From positions 1,260,001 through 1,292,000 of the forward strand of contig NC_004459.3 of assembly GCF_000039765.1 (NCBI RefSeq): a DNA stretch of 32,000 nucleotides, read 5' to 3'. The translations under genes were made by a program, and so were the position numbers. A model generated the notes under the pieces. It was given only the letters and a program-made list of their open reading frames with translations. It had not been told where the DNA came from and searched no databases. Shown here in pieces: positions 21,648 through 32,000 of this stretch (positions are counted from its first letter, which is position 1; every line of letters starts with the position of its first letter). The stretch comes from Vibrio vulnificus CMCP6. GTDB lineage: Bacteria > Pseudomonadota > Gammaproteobacteria > Enterobacterales > Vibrionaceae.

Positions 21648-22847
21648 ATGGCGTGGAATGAGCCTGGAAATAACAACGGCAACAATGGCCGCGATAATGA
21701 CCCTTGGGGTAACAATAATCGTGGTGGTCAGCGTCCGGGAGGACGAGACCAAGGGCCGCCGGATTTGGATGAAGTGTTTAACAAACTGAGTCAAAAGCTG
21801 GGTGGTAAGTTTGGCAACAAGGGAGGGCGTGGGCCTTCAATTGGTGGTGGCGGTGCAATTGGCTTTGGTGTCATTGCCGTTATTGCCGTACTTGTCTGGG
21901 TTTTCGCAGGCTTCTACACCATTGGTGAAGCGGAGCGTGGCGTGGTGTTACGTCTAGGCAAATACGATCGTATCGTTGATCCTGGTCTAAACTGGCGCCC
22001 ACGTTTTATTGACGAAGTCACACCTGTGAACGTGCAAGCCATTCGCTCGCTGCGTTCATCAGGTACGATGCTGACTAAAGACGAAAACGTTGTGACGGTT
22101 TCGATGGATGTTCAGTATCGTGTTGCGGATCCTTACAAGTACCTGTTCCGAGTGACTAATGCGGATGACAGCTTACGTCAAGCGACAGACTCGGCACTAC
22201 GTGCCGTGATCGGTGACTCATTGATGGACAGCATTTTGACCAGTGGTCGTCAGCAAATTCGTCAAAGCACTCAACAGACGCTAAACCAAATCATCGACAG
22301 CTATGACATGGGCTTAGTGATTGTGGATGTGAACTTCCAGTCGGCTCGTCCGCCTGAGCAAGTAAAAGATGCATTCGATGATGCGATTGCGGCGCGTGAG
22401 GATGAAGAGCGTTTCATTCGTGAAGCCGAAGCGTACAAAAATGAAATCTTGCCAAAAGCAACAGGCCGCGCAGAGCGTCTGAAGAAAGAGGCTCAAGGTT
22501 ACAGTGAACGCACCATCAACGAAGCGTTGGGTCAAGTGGCTCAGTTTGAAAAGCTGCTGCCTGAATATCAAGCTGCACCGAAGGTTACGCGTGATCGCCT
22601 CTACCTAGATACGATGGAAGAAGTGTATTCAAGCACATCGAAAGTGCTGATTGATTCTGAATCAAGTGGCAACTTACTTTACTTGCCGATTGATAAGTTG
22701 GCGGGTCAAGACTCTCAAACGGATACGAAGCGTAAAACGAAATCATCTTCGACTTACGATCAAATCCAATTGGAATCAGAGAGCTCGGCTGACAACACTC
22801 AGAACACGCAGTCTCGTTCAACAGGTTCACGTCAAGGGAGATACTAA
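21648..22847 (+). CDS. hflK: FtsH protease modulator HflK (SPFH)
   Basis: 399 aa; MAWNEPGNNNGNNGRDNDPWG, SPFH core, one TM. Confidence 0.96.
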   Translation: MAWNEPGNNNGNNGRDNDPWGNNNRGGQRPGGRDQGPPDLDEVFNKLSQKLGGKFGNKGGRGPSIGGGGAIGFGVIAVIAVLVWVFAGFYTIGEAERGVVLRLGKYDRIVDPGLNWRPRFIDEVTPVNVQAIRSLRSSGTMLTKDENVVTVSMDVQYRVADPYKYLFRVTNADDSLRQATDSALRAVIGDSLMDSILTSGRQQIRQSTQQTLNQIIDSYDMGLVIVDVNFQSARPPEQVKDAFDDAIAAREDEERFIREAEAYKNEILPKATGRAERLKKEAQGYSERTINEALGQVAQFEKLLPEYQAAPKVTRDRLYLDTMEEVYSSTSKVLIDSESSGNLLYLPIDKLAGQDSQTDTKRKTKSSSTYDQIQLESESSADNTQNTQSRSTGSRQGRY

Positions 22848-22849
22848 GA

Positions 22850-23830
22850 ATGCGTAAGTTAATGATCCCTGTACTGGTTCTTGTACTTGCAACCCTATTA
22901 ATGTCGTTGTTTGTCATCCCAGAAGGTGAGCGTGGTATTGTGGTTCGTTTTGGTCGAGTACTCAAAGATACCAATGACGTTACCCGAGTTTACGAACCTG
23001 GTTTGCATTTCAAAATGCCGTTGTTTGATCGTGTGAGAACATTAGATGCACGTATTCAGACAATGGACGGACGTTCAGACCGTTTTGTGACGTCAGAGAA
23101 AAAAGACGTCATCATCGATTCGTATGTGAAATGGCGTATTGAAGATTTCGGCCGCTACTATCTTGCAACGGGCGGTGGCAATACGCTAACCGCAGAAGCG
23201 TTACTTGAGCGTAAAGTGACCGATATTTTACGTGCAGAAATCGGTGCTCGTGAGATCAAACAGATTGTGTCTGGTCCGCGTAACGGCGATGTGTTGCCAG
23301 AAAGCGTGACCAGCGCGGAAGTGAGCACTGAAGCGGCGCGTCAAGCTCTGGAGATCGATGGTGAACGTGACCTGATCATGTCGAATGTATTGAAGGATAC
23401 GCGTGAAAGTGCCATGAAAGACTTGGGGGTTCACGTGGTGGACTTCCGTATGAAGAAAATCAATCTTCCGGATGAAATCAGTGAATCTATCTACCGTCGT
23501 ATGCGTGCAGAGCGTGAGTCAGTTGCGCGTAAGCACCGTTCTCAAGGTCGTGAGAAAGCGGAAGTTATCCGTGCTCAAGCTGAGCTAGAAGTGGCGACTA
23601 TTCTAGCTGAAGCGGACAAAACAGCGCGTGTCACACGTGGTGAAGCGGATGCTAAAGCAGCGAAGATTTACTCTGATTCTTACAACAAAGATCCTGAGTT
23701 CTTTAGCTTCATGCGCTCATTGAAAGCGTATGAGAAGTCATTTGGCACTAAGAGCGATATTCTTGTGTTGGATCCAAAGAGTGAGTTCTTCCAGTATATG
23801 AACAACGCAAAAGGCGCCGCAGCAAACTAA
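22850..23830 (+). CDS. hflC: FtsH protease modulator HflC (SPFH)
   Basis: 326 aa; MRKLMIPVLVLVLATLLMSLFVIPEGERGIVVRFGRV; 2 nt after the hflK stop. Confidence 0.96.
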   Translation: MRKLMIPVLVLVLATLLMSLFVIPEGERGIVVRFGRVLKDTNDVTRVYEPGLHFKMPLFDRVRTLDARIQTMDGRSDRFVTSEKKDVIIDSYVKWRIEDFGRYYLATGGGNTLTAEALLERKVTDILRAEIGAREIKQIVSGPRNGDVLPESVTSAEVSTEAARQALEIDGERDLIMSNVLKDTRESAMKDLGVHVVDFRMKKINLPDEISESIYRRMRAERESVARKHRSQGREKAEVIRAQAELEVATILAEADKTARVTRGEADAKAAKIYSDSYNKDPEFFSFMRSLKAYEKSFGTKSDILVLDPKSEFFQYMNNAKGAAAN

Positions 23831-23853
23831 CACGGTGACCTTGTGTTTTGATG

Positions 23854-23879
23854 AAAAGGCTCCGTTGGAGCCTTTTTTC
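23854..23879 (+). terminator. Rho-independent terminator after hflC
   Basis: AAAAGGCTCC-GTT-GGAGCCTTTTTT. The symmetric arms may also serve the converging minus-strand gene. Confidence 0.85.
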
Positions 23880-23910
23880 TTGTCTAAAACTGGCGTATTA
23901 AGGGATAAAT

Positions 23911-24096
23911 TTAACTCATCATGTAAGCGATAACCGCACCAGCCACGACAAGGCAGCCTCCAATGCGGCGTAACTGATTATCGGGTTGCTCACTTAACTG
24001 TGCTACCATATTTCGCCACCCTCTCGGAGCCAGCAATGGCCCCAATCCTTCCACAATCAGTACCAGCCCAAGCGCCACCCAAAGTGAGTTCGACAT
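23911..24096 (-). CDS. DUF2065 family (YjeT-like) small membrane protein
   Basis: 61 aa, two hydrophobic helices: MSNSLWVALGLVLIVEGLGPLLAPRGWRNMVAQLSEQPDNQLRRIGGCLVVAGAVIAYMMS. Confidence 0.82.
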   Translation of the reverse strand: MSNSLWVALGLVLIVEGLGPLLAPRGWRNMVAQLSEQPDNQLRRIGGCLVVAGAVIAYMMS

Positions 24097-24209
24097 TGCA
24101 TAAATCCGCAGTGAAAATAAAGTGAAATATTATCAGTGATATGATGGTGGCAAAAGTGGCCGTGCTGAGGAATGACTGAACGGAAGGGATCGCTGTGCAC
24201 AAAAAATGA

Positions 24210-24238
24210 CTGCAAGATGCGTAATTCGGTGCTAGAAT
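24210..24238 (+). promoter_or_regulatory. Possible extended -10 promoter of purA
   Basis: CTGCAA (24210-24215) - N17 - TAGAAT (24233-24238), with TG one nt upstream of the -10 (TGCTAGAAT). Confidence 0.4.
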
Positions 24239-24248
24239 CCTTTTTTAA

Positions 24249-25586
<1,338 letters not shown>

Positions 25587-25607
25587 TCGCGAACTCAGAT
25601 GACAACG

Positions 25608-25632
25608 AAACCGGCCTCTTGGCCGGTTTTTT
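25608..25632 (+). terminator. Rho-independent terminator after purA
   Basis: AAACCGGCC-TCTT-GGCCGGTTTTTTG. Confidence 0.88.
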
Positions 25633-25728
25633 GTATTCTCTAATGGGAGTCATTTTCCACTGCACTCAAGCTGGTGAAAAACTATACTAGCTGTGGCAAG
25701 CTATTGCCGATAAGCGGCAATTTTTGTC

Positions 25729-25755
25729 TAAAGCTAAGCGGTCTTTTGCCGATAA
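25729..25755 (+). promoter_or_regulatory. Sigma-28 (FliA) promoter upstream of motX
   Basis: TAAAG (25729-25733) and exact GCCGATAA (25748-25755), starts 19 nt apart as in TAAAGTTT-N11-GCCGATAA; about 60 nt before the motX ORF. Confidence 0.75.
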
Positions 25756-25811
25756 TGTTATCAAGCCTGTGATTTCAAAGAGACGCGTTGGCTGAGGATA
25801 AACATTAAAGA

Positions 25812-26456
25812 GTGATGAATATGAGATTACGAACAGTAGCTGCTTCGCTGCTGTTGGTGTTGAGTGCTCCTTTTTCTAAAGCGAATGTCGCAGAAGTCGG
25901 AGCGCCCGTACCGATTTATACCGAAGCAGAGCTTATTAAGCTGATTGAGCAAAATAAGCACCTTGAGCGTGTGCGCGCGGATAATTGCCAGCTGGTGGAA
26001 GATATCGTGGCGCGGGCAACGAGAATTAACCTACCTGCGTACGAGTTCCTTTATGGTGATATGCTGGCGTGGGGTGTGTGTGTAGAGCAAGATGTTGAAC
26101 TCGGGCTCTACTACATGGAAAACGCAGCCCACCAAGGGCTACCGGCAGCGTTAGAGCAACTGGGGCGCTACTATTCACGTGGTACCTTAGTGCAGCAAGA
26201 CAAAGAAAGAGCGATTCCCTACCTTCGCGAAGCGGCGGCCATGGGTAACCTCAATGCGCGTATCCATCTTGCTGAACTGTTGCTGCGTGATTATGGCAGC
26301 CCTTTGGATTACGAAGATGCCTATCGCTGGCTCTACAACTCAGTCACTGCTGACCAACGTCAGCACCAACGAATTTCAATGCTGCGCCAAGGTTTAGAGC
26401 AGCGCATGCCAGAGAATATTATCGCCCGAGCGAAAAGGCGAGATACGTTCTGGTAA
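25812..26456 (+). CDS. motX: Sodium-type flagellar motor protein MotX (Sel1-like repeats, signal peptide)
   Basis: 214 aa; signal peptide (SLLLVLSAPFSKA), Sel1-like repeats, 211-ish aa length, purA linkage and the FliA promoter all fit Vibrio MotX. Confidence 0.88.
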   Translation: MMNMRLRTVAASLLLVLSAPFSKANVAEVGAPVPIYTEAELIKLIEQNKHLERVRADNCQLVEDIVARATRINLPAYEFLYGDMLAWGVCVEQDVELGLYYMENAAHQGLPAALEQLGRYYSRGTLVQQDKERAIPYLREAAAMGNLNARIHLAELLLRDYGSPLDYEDAYRWLYNSVTADQRQHQRISMLRQGLEQRMPENIIARAKRRDTFW

Positions 26457-26560
26457 TACCTTGTCATCACTCTTCTCTCTTTGAATGCCAAAGCCCACCA
26501 ACTCGGTGGGCTTTTGTGTCTTGTGTGGTTGAGTTCAACGAACCTTGTCGCACTCTAGTA

Positions 26561-27745
26561 CTAAACCACTTTGTGTGGGCCAAAACATTCGTAATGGAAC
26601 TGTTGTTCAGGCACTCCCATCTCAAGCAATTGTTTGGCTATAAACTGCATAAAGCCAACAGGGCCACAGAAGTACACTTGTACATCAGCCTGTTTGAGGA
26701 CGGTTTCAATCTCATGCAGGTTCACCCATCCACTGAACTGGAAATCGTCACCGATTTTATCGTCTGAGTTTGGTTGGTTGTACCAAACTAACGAATTGAA
26801 ATGCGGATGCGTTTCAACCAATTGTTTGACGTGTTGTTTAAATGCGTGTTGTTGGCCATTTTCAGTTGCATGAATCCAAGTCACCGGCGCTTGATGCTCG
26901 GTTAGGCTTTCAAGCATAGAAAGTGTTGGCGTGAGGCCGACACCCGCAGAGATAAGCACGACTGGTGCCGTTGGCGCGGCATCAAGGAAAAAGTCACCGG
27001 CAGGCGCCGCGAGTTTGACTTTGCTGCCAACGTCGAGATGATCGTGCAGATAGTTAGAGACTCGGCCGCCTTCTTCACGTTTCACTGAAATGCGATAGCA
27101 ATCAGGACGTACAGAGGATGACAAGCTGTATTGGCGAATTTCTTGATTTTCAAACTGCTCATCGTTGATGTAAATCCCTAAATATTGCCCTGGTTTGAAG
27201 CTAACGACAGAGCCACCATCGACGGGCTTAAAGACAAAGCTACAGATGTGCGCACTCTCGTATTGTTTTTCGACCAGTTCAAACTCTCGCAAGCCACGCC
27301 AGCCGCCGGTTTGCGATTGGTTGTCTTGATAAATTTGCTCTTCTCGCTGAATGAAGACATTCGCCAGCACACCATAAGCTTCAGCCCAGGCATCGAGCAC
27401 AGCTTGCCCCGGAGAGAAAAGTTCATCAATGGTTGCCAGCAAGTGACCGCCGACAATTTGATATTGATCGGCAGTGATCAGAAAGCTGGAGTGCTTGTGA
27501 GCGATTTTTTCTACCGCGCCTAAGAGTGCAGGCAGATTGTCAATGTTGCTGGCGTAGGCGCAGATGGCGTTGAACAACGCTTCTCGTTGGTCACCATTGC
27601 GTTGGTTGCTCATGTTAAAGATATCTTTGAGTTCAGGATTGTGCTCAAACATACGTTGGTAGAAATGGGCGGTCAGTTTTGGTCCTGTTTCGGCCAACAG
27701 GGGGGCGGTCGATTTTACAATGTTAATGGTGTTTTCGCTGAGCAT
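26561..27745 (-). CDS. hmp: Flavohemoprotein / nitric oxide dioxygenase
   Basis: 394 aa; globin domain ([33 protein letters not shown]), then FAD/NAD reductase ([31 protein letters not shown]). Confidence 0.96.
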   Translation of the reverse strand: MLSENTINIVKSTAPLLAETGPKLTAHFYQRMFEHNPELKDIFNMSNQRNGDQREALFNAICAYASNIDNLPALLGAVEKIAHKHSSFLITADQYQIVGGHLLATIDELFSPGQAVLDAWAEAYGVLANVFIQREEQIYQDNQSQTGGWRGLREFELVEKQYESAHICSFVFKPVDGGSVVSFKPGQYLGIYINDEQFENQEIRQYSLSSSVRPDCYRISVKREEGGRVSNYLHDHLDVGSKVKLAAPAGDFFLDAAPTAPVVLISAGVGLTPTLSMLESLTEHQAPVTWIHATENGQQHAFKQHVKQLVETHPHFNSLVWYNQPNSDDKIGDDFQFSGWVNLHEIETVLKQADVQVYFCGPVGFMQFIAKQLLEMGVPEQQFHYECFGPHKVV

Positions 27746-27780
27746 AGCGGGCTTCCTATTAGGATTATTTGTTTAATTTT

Positions 27781-27803
27781 AAGTTGCATCTGTAATGCAT
27801 GTT
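27781..27803. promoter_or_regulatory. Putative NsrR operator 1
   Basis: AAGTTGCATCTGTAATGCATGTT, resembling the AAGATGYATTT-type inverted repeat, between hmp and nsrR. Confidence 0.65.
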
Positions 27804-27805
27804 TA

Positions 27806-27828
27806 AAGTTGTATCTCAAATGTATCTT
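27806..27828. promoter_or_regulatory. Putative NsrR operator 2
   Basis: AAGTTGTATCTCAAATGTATCTT; second 23-nt imperfect inverted repeat starting 25 nt after the first. Confidence 0.7.
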
Positions 27829-27875
27829 TCAATCAAGAAAAGTTTTAGACTTTCTTCACCAGAGAGGAGCCCACC

Positions 27876-28301
27876 ATGCAACTGACGAGCTTTACTGATT
27901 ACGCCTTGCGCACCCTGATTTATCTCGCGTCGTTGCCGGATAATGAACAGACCAATATCACCGATGTGACTGAGCTATTTGGTGTTTCACGCAACCATAT
28001 GGTCAAGGTGATCAACCGTTTGGGGCAGTTAAACTACATTCAAACCGTAAGAGGAAAAAATGGTGGGATCCGCTTGAATCGCCCGGCGAAGACGATTTTA
28101 GTTGGAGAGGTTGTGCGAGATTTGGAGCCGTTGGATCTTGTCAATTGCTCGGTGGAGTTTTGCCATATTACACCCGCATGCCGTTTGAAGGAGCGCTTAT
28201 ATCGCGCGAAGCTGGCCTTTTTGGCGGAGTTGGATGATTGCTCGATCGCTGAGCTGTTGGATGACAACGCAGAGCTCCTGATCTTGCTGCAAAAAGCCTA
28301 A
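27876..28301 (+). CDS. nsrR: Nitric-oxide-sensing Rrf2-family repressor NsrR
   Basis: 141 aa; [21 protein letters not shown], and cysteines spaced for an Fe-S cluster ([13 protein letters not shown]); divergent from hmp. Confidence 0.95.
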   Translation: MQLTSFTDYALRTLIYLASLPDNEQTNITDVTELFGVSRNHMVKVINRLGQLNYIQTVRGKNGGIRLNRPAKTILVGEVVRDLEPLDLVNCSVEFCHITPACRLKERLYRAKLAFLAELDDCSIAELLDDNAELLILLQKA

Positions 28302-28364
28302 CTGGCGTTGCCAGTATGCCCTATCCAAAGATAGAGCACACTGTTGCTGCAGAACGTCGCGGAG

Positions 28365-29771
28365 TTAGCGAATCTCTTCGCCCGAGTCGAGCACGGTTTT
28401 GCGAACGATGTCGGTAAAGGCCAGTGCTTCTTGGCGAATTTGTTCCTCATTCACCGTGTTGATTTGGCGCTCTTGCATGATCAGCTTGCCATCAACAATG
28501 GCATGGCGCACATTGCCGCTGTTGGCTGAGTAAACCAAAGCAGAGTATGGGTTGTAAACGGGGACCATATTTGGCGCTTTGGTATCGATAACGATGATGT
28601 CCGCTAGTTTGCCGACTTCAAGAGAACCGATTTTATCTTCCATATGCAGTGCTTTTGCTGCGCCCATGGTCGCCATATCGATCACTTTGAGTGGTGGCAT
28701 GGCTGCACGATCGTGATTGACCAGTTTGTGTACTTTCGCCACTTGGTTGAATTCATCAATGGTGCTCAGCGTGTTGCCCGACATTGGACCATCGGTACCC
28801 AAACCAATACGCACGTTTTCGTCGTACATCTTGAGGGCTGGGGCGACACCTTTGGCGGACTTAATGTTGGCACTCATGTTATGAGCCACGCCCATATCGG
28901 CCTGCTTCACTAACTCAATGTCTTTGTCGTCGACCAAAATCATGTGAGCGCCGACGAGGTTGGCATTCAATGCGCCGATTTGATGCATGTACTGCACCGG
29001 TGATAAACCGTTTGATCGTTCAGCAATCTTTTCTTGCTCACGGGTGGATTCGGCTAAGTGAATCAAAACAGGCACGTTCTTTTCTAGCGAGAGCTTCGCA
29101 ATTTTCTGTAGCGTTTCTGTGGTGTTAGTGTAGGGCGCGTGCGGTGCAAACGCTGGGGTAATTCTTGGGTGATCTTGGTATTGGTCGATAAAGTTCAGAG
29201 CGTATTGAATGCCTTCATCTGCGTTTTTGGCATCGGCGACAGGAAACTGAATCACACTCTGGCCAAGCACGGCACGCATACCAATTTGGTCGACCGTTTT
29301 CGCCACTTCGTCTTCGAAGTAATACATGTCTGCGTAGGTCGTTACGCCGCCTTTGAGCATTTCAACGTTCCCCAAATTTGCGCCGATGCGCACCATATCG
29401 CGTGACACCAGTTTGGCTTCTAATGGGAAAATGTAGCGATGCAGGCGGTCAGGCACATCGTCACCTAATGAGCGAAATACCGTCATCGACACATGCGTGT
29501 GCGTGTTGATTAAACCCGGCATTACGATATCGCCATCGACATCAAGCACTTGTTTTGCTTGATACTGCTTTGCCACATCCGCATCACCCACCGCGATGAT
29601 TTTGTTCTCTTTTACCACTACAGTGCCGTTTTGATACACCACTTTGTCTTTGTTCATGGTGAGGATCATGGCATCGGTGATCATAAGATCCGCAGGTTGT
29701 GCGGCATAACTCATGGACGAAAACAGGCTCATGCCTGCGATGGCAGCAGCAATTACGTTACGTTTCAGCAT
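28365..29771 (-). CDS. Exported metal-dependent amidohydrolase, MtaD / S-adenosylhomocysteine-deaminase-like (ATZ/TRZ family)
   Basis: NTHTHVSMTVFRS, LIHLAEST, LVGAHMILVDD, GTDGPMSGNTLS; Sec signal MLKRNVIAAAIAGMSLFSSMSYAAQ when started at 29771. Exact substrate not assigned. Confidence 0.8.
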   Translation of the reverse strand: MLKRNVIAAAIAGMSLFSSMSYAAQPADLMITDAMILTMNKDKVVYQNGTVVVKENKIIAVGDADVAKQYQAKQVLDVDGDIVMPGLINTHTHVSMTVFRSLGDDVPDRLHRYIFPLEAKLVSRDMVRIGANLGNVEMLKGGVTTYADMYYFEDEVAKTVDQIGMRAVLGQSVIQFPVADAKNADEGIQYALNFIDQYQDHPRITPAFAPHAPYTNTTETLQKIAKLSLEKNVPVLIHLAESTREQEKIAERSNGLSPVQYMHQIGALNANLVGAHMILVDDKDIELVKQADMGVAHNMSANIKSAKGVAPALKMYDENVRIGLGTDGPMSGNTLSTIDEFNQVAKVHKLVNHDRAAMPPLKVIDMATMGAAKALHMEDKIGSLEVGKLADIIVIDTKAPNMVPVYNPYSALVYSANSGNVRHAIVDGKLIMQERQINTVNEEQIRQEALAFTDIVRKTVLDSGEEIR

Positions 29772-30021
29772 TCTATTTTCCTTGGAACAGGCATCGGTAT
29801 AGTTTGCCGCGATAGTAAGAGATTCATGATGAATTGCAAACGTTTGCTCTTTGGTTTGCATACTTCTGTGATCTTGGCACGGAGATGTAAACGAATCAGA
29901 AGAATGATGAAAAACTATGAAAAATAAGTGTTAATTTGCTGAAACTGCGACGCGTGGCTGTAGCTTATGAGCAGAGTCAGATATACTACAACCATACCTT
30001 CCTTGCTAAATAGGCGTGCCT

Positions 30022-32000
30022 ATGTCAGACGTTATTCAAAACGATCCTTTTGCCGATCGTGAATCAGAAAATTACGAAAATCCCATTCCAAGTCGTGAGT
30101 TTATTTTAGAGTTTCTCGAACAAGCTGGCGTACCGATGAATCGCAATGATTTGTTCGAAGCACTGCAGTTAAAAGACGAAGATCAATATGAAGGGCTAAG
30201 ACGCCGTTTGCGTGCAATGGAGCGCGATGGGCAGCTCGTCTTTACTCGTCGTCAATGCTATGCCTTACCTGAAAAATTGGAAATGATTAAAGGGTACGTG
30301 ATTGGTCACAAAGACGGCCACGGTTGGGTTAGACCAGAAGGCAGCGTGAACAAAGACGATGACATTCTGCTGCCTCATCACCAGATGAAAACCTTGATTC
30401 ATGGCGATTTCGTTTTAGTGCAACCGACGGACAACAGCAAGCGCGGCCGCAGGGAAGGGCGTTTAGTGCGTGTGTTGGACGAGCGCAAAGCGCAAATCGT
30501 TGGGCGTTTTTTCCTTGAGTATGGCTATTCCTATGTGGTGCCGGATGATTCACGCATTAGTCATGACATTCTCATCCCAAATGAGCACAAAGCGGGCGCT
30601 CGCATGGGCAACGTGGTGGTGATTGAAATCACCGATCGTGGTGCTCGCTCACGTGGCATGATGGGCAAAGTGGTGGAAGTGTTGGGCGAAAATATGGCGC
30701 CGGGTATGGAAACGCAAATTGCCATTCGTACACACCAAATCCCTCATGAGTGGCCGGAAGAAGTCGATAAACAGATCGCGAACTTAGGCGAAGAAGTGCC
30801 TGAAGAAGCGAAGGTTGGTCGCGTGGACTTACGTCAACTGCCGTTGGTCACCATCGATGGTGAGGACGCTCGTGACTTTGATGACGCGGTTTACTGTGAG
30901 AAGAAAAAAAGCGGCGGCTGGCGCTTATGGGTGGCGATTGCGGATGTGAGCTACTACGTTCGCCCTGACTCGGCGCTCGACAAAGAAGCGATCAACCGCG
31001 GTAACTCGGTTTATTTCCCATCACAAGTCGTTCCTATGTTGCCAGAAGTGCTGTCCAATGGCCTCTGTTCGTTGAATCCTCAAGTGGATCGCTTGTGTAT
31101 GGTGTGCGAAATGACCATTTCAGATAGCGGTAAGCTGTCAGGTTACAAGCACTATGAAGCGGTGATGAATTCCCACGCCCGCTTGACTTACACCAAAGTA
31201 AGCCAAATCCTTGAAGGGGATGAAGAGCTGCGTGAGCGTTACGCGCCACTGGTGCCACACCTTGAAGAGTTGCATGCGATGTACAAGGTGCTCAAAGAAG
31301 CGCGTGATCAGCGCGGGGCGATTGAATTTGAAACCGTGGAAACCAAGTTCATCTTTAACGCCGAACGTAAGATCGACCGTATTGAGCCTGTGATTCGTAA
31401 TGATGCACACAAGATCATCGAAGAATGTATGATCATGGCCAACATTGCGTCTGCCTCGCTGGTGGAAAAAGCCAAAGAGCCTGCGCTCTATCGTATTCAC
31501 GAATCGCCAGGAGAACTTCGTCTGCAAGGCTTCCGCGATTTCTTGGGCGAGTTAGGCTTAGATCTGAAAGGGGGCTTGGAGCCATCACCGACAGATTATG
31601 CGGATTTGGTGAAGCAAATTGGCGAACGTGCCGATAAAGAGCTGATCCAGACCATGTTGCTGCGCTCAATGAAGCAAGCGGTGTACAACGCAGATAATGC
31701 CGGCCACTTTGGTTTGGCCTTGCAGCGCTACGCGCATTTCACCTCGCCGATTCGTCGTTATCCGGATCTGTTGTTGCATCGTGCGATCAAATATCTGATC
31801 GCTAAAGAGAAAGGCCAAAATCAAGATCGCTGGACGCCAACGGGTGGTTACCACTATTCATTTGATGACATGGATTTCTATGGCGAGCAGTGTTCAATGA
31901 CCGAGCGTCGCGCCGATGACGCCACACGCGATGTTGCCGATTGGCTCAAATGTGAATACATGCAAGATCACGTGGGTGACGAACTTGATGGGGTGATTGC
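30022..32000 (+). CDS. rnr: Ribonuclease R (3'-truncated by the window end)
   Basis: [34 protein letters not shown]..., RNB motif [34 protein letters not shown]. Open to 32000. Confidence 0.96.
   Translation, partial: MSDVIQNDPFADRESENYENPIPSREFILEFLEQAGVPMNRNDLFEALQLKDEDQYEGLRRRLRAMERDGQLVFTRRQCYALPEKLEMIKGYVIGHKDGHGWVRPEGSVNKDDDILLPHHQMKTLIHGDFVLVQPTDNSKRGRREGRLVRVLDERKAQIVGRFFLEYGYSYVVPDDSRISHDILIPNEHKAGARMGNVVVIEITDRGARSRGMMGKVVEVLGENMAPGMETQIAIRTHQIPHEWPEEVDKQIANLGEEVPEEAKVGRVDLRQLPLVTIDGEDARDFDDAVYCEKKKSGGWRLWVAIADVSYYVRPDSALDKEAINRGNSVYFPSQVVPMLPEVLSNGLCSLNPQVDRLCMVCEMTISDSGKLSGYKHYEAVMNSHARLTYTKVSQILEGDEELRERYAPLVPHLEELHAMYKVLKEARDQRGAIEFETVETKFIFNAERKIDRIEPVIRNDAHKIIEECMIMANIASASLVEKAKEPALYRIHESPGELRLQGFRDFLGELGLDLKGGLEPSPTDYADLVKQIGERADKELIQTMLLRSMKQAVYNADNAGHFGLALQRYAHFTSPIRRYPDLLLHRAIKYLIAKEKGQNQDRWTPTGGYHYSFDDMDFYGEQCSMTERRADDATRDVADWLKCEYMQDHVGDELDGVI

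Overview
The window looks like Vibrio-type gammaproteobacterial core chromosome (genus inferred from motX, gene order and protein character). I found no convincing defence island, phage, transposon or CRISPR array. Minus-strand genes at the left: envC-like, cysE, gpsA, secB and a rhodanese gene. Then gpmI (+), an EamA transporter (-), a SLC13/DASS transporter (-), psd (-), rsgA (-) and orn (+). Next comes a cluster of five tRNA-Gly(GCC) and four initiator tRNA-fMet(CAU) genes, then queG (-). The + strand continues with tsaE, amiB, mutL, miaA, hfq, hflX, hflK and hflC, then a DUF2065 gene (-), purA, motX, hmp (-), nsrR, an exported amidohydrolase (-), and rnr, which runs off the right end. Most interesting non-coding observations: (1) the tRNA/queG intergenic region has two perfect DnaA boxes (TTATCCACA) facing each other 10 nt apart, plus a relaxed box, at the position where E. 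coli carries datA. (2) Every inter-tRNA spacer has a 7-bp hairpin with a 5-nt RCTTA loop, maintained by compensatory substitutions. (3) The tandem fMet genes show a G-C / G-U / A-U series at the 7:66 acceptor pair and nested duplication. (4) There is a sigma-28 promoter match upstream of motX. (5) There are two tandem NsrR-like operators between hmp and nsrR.
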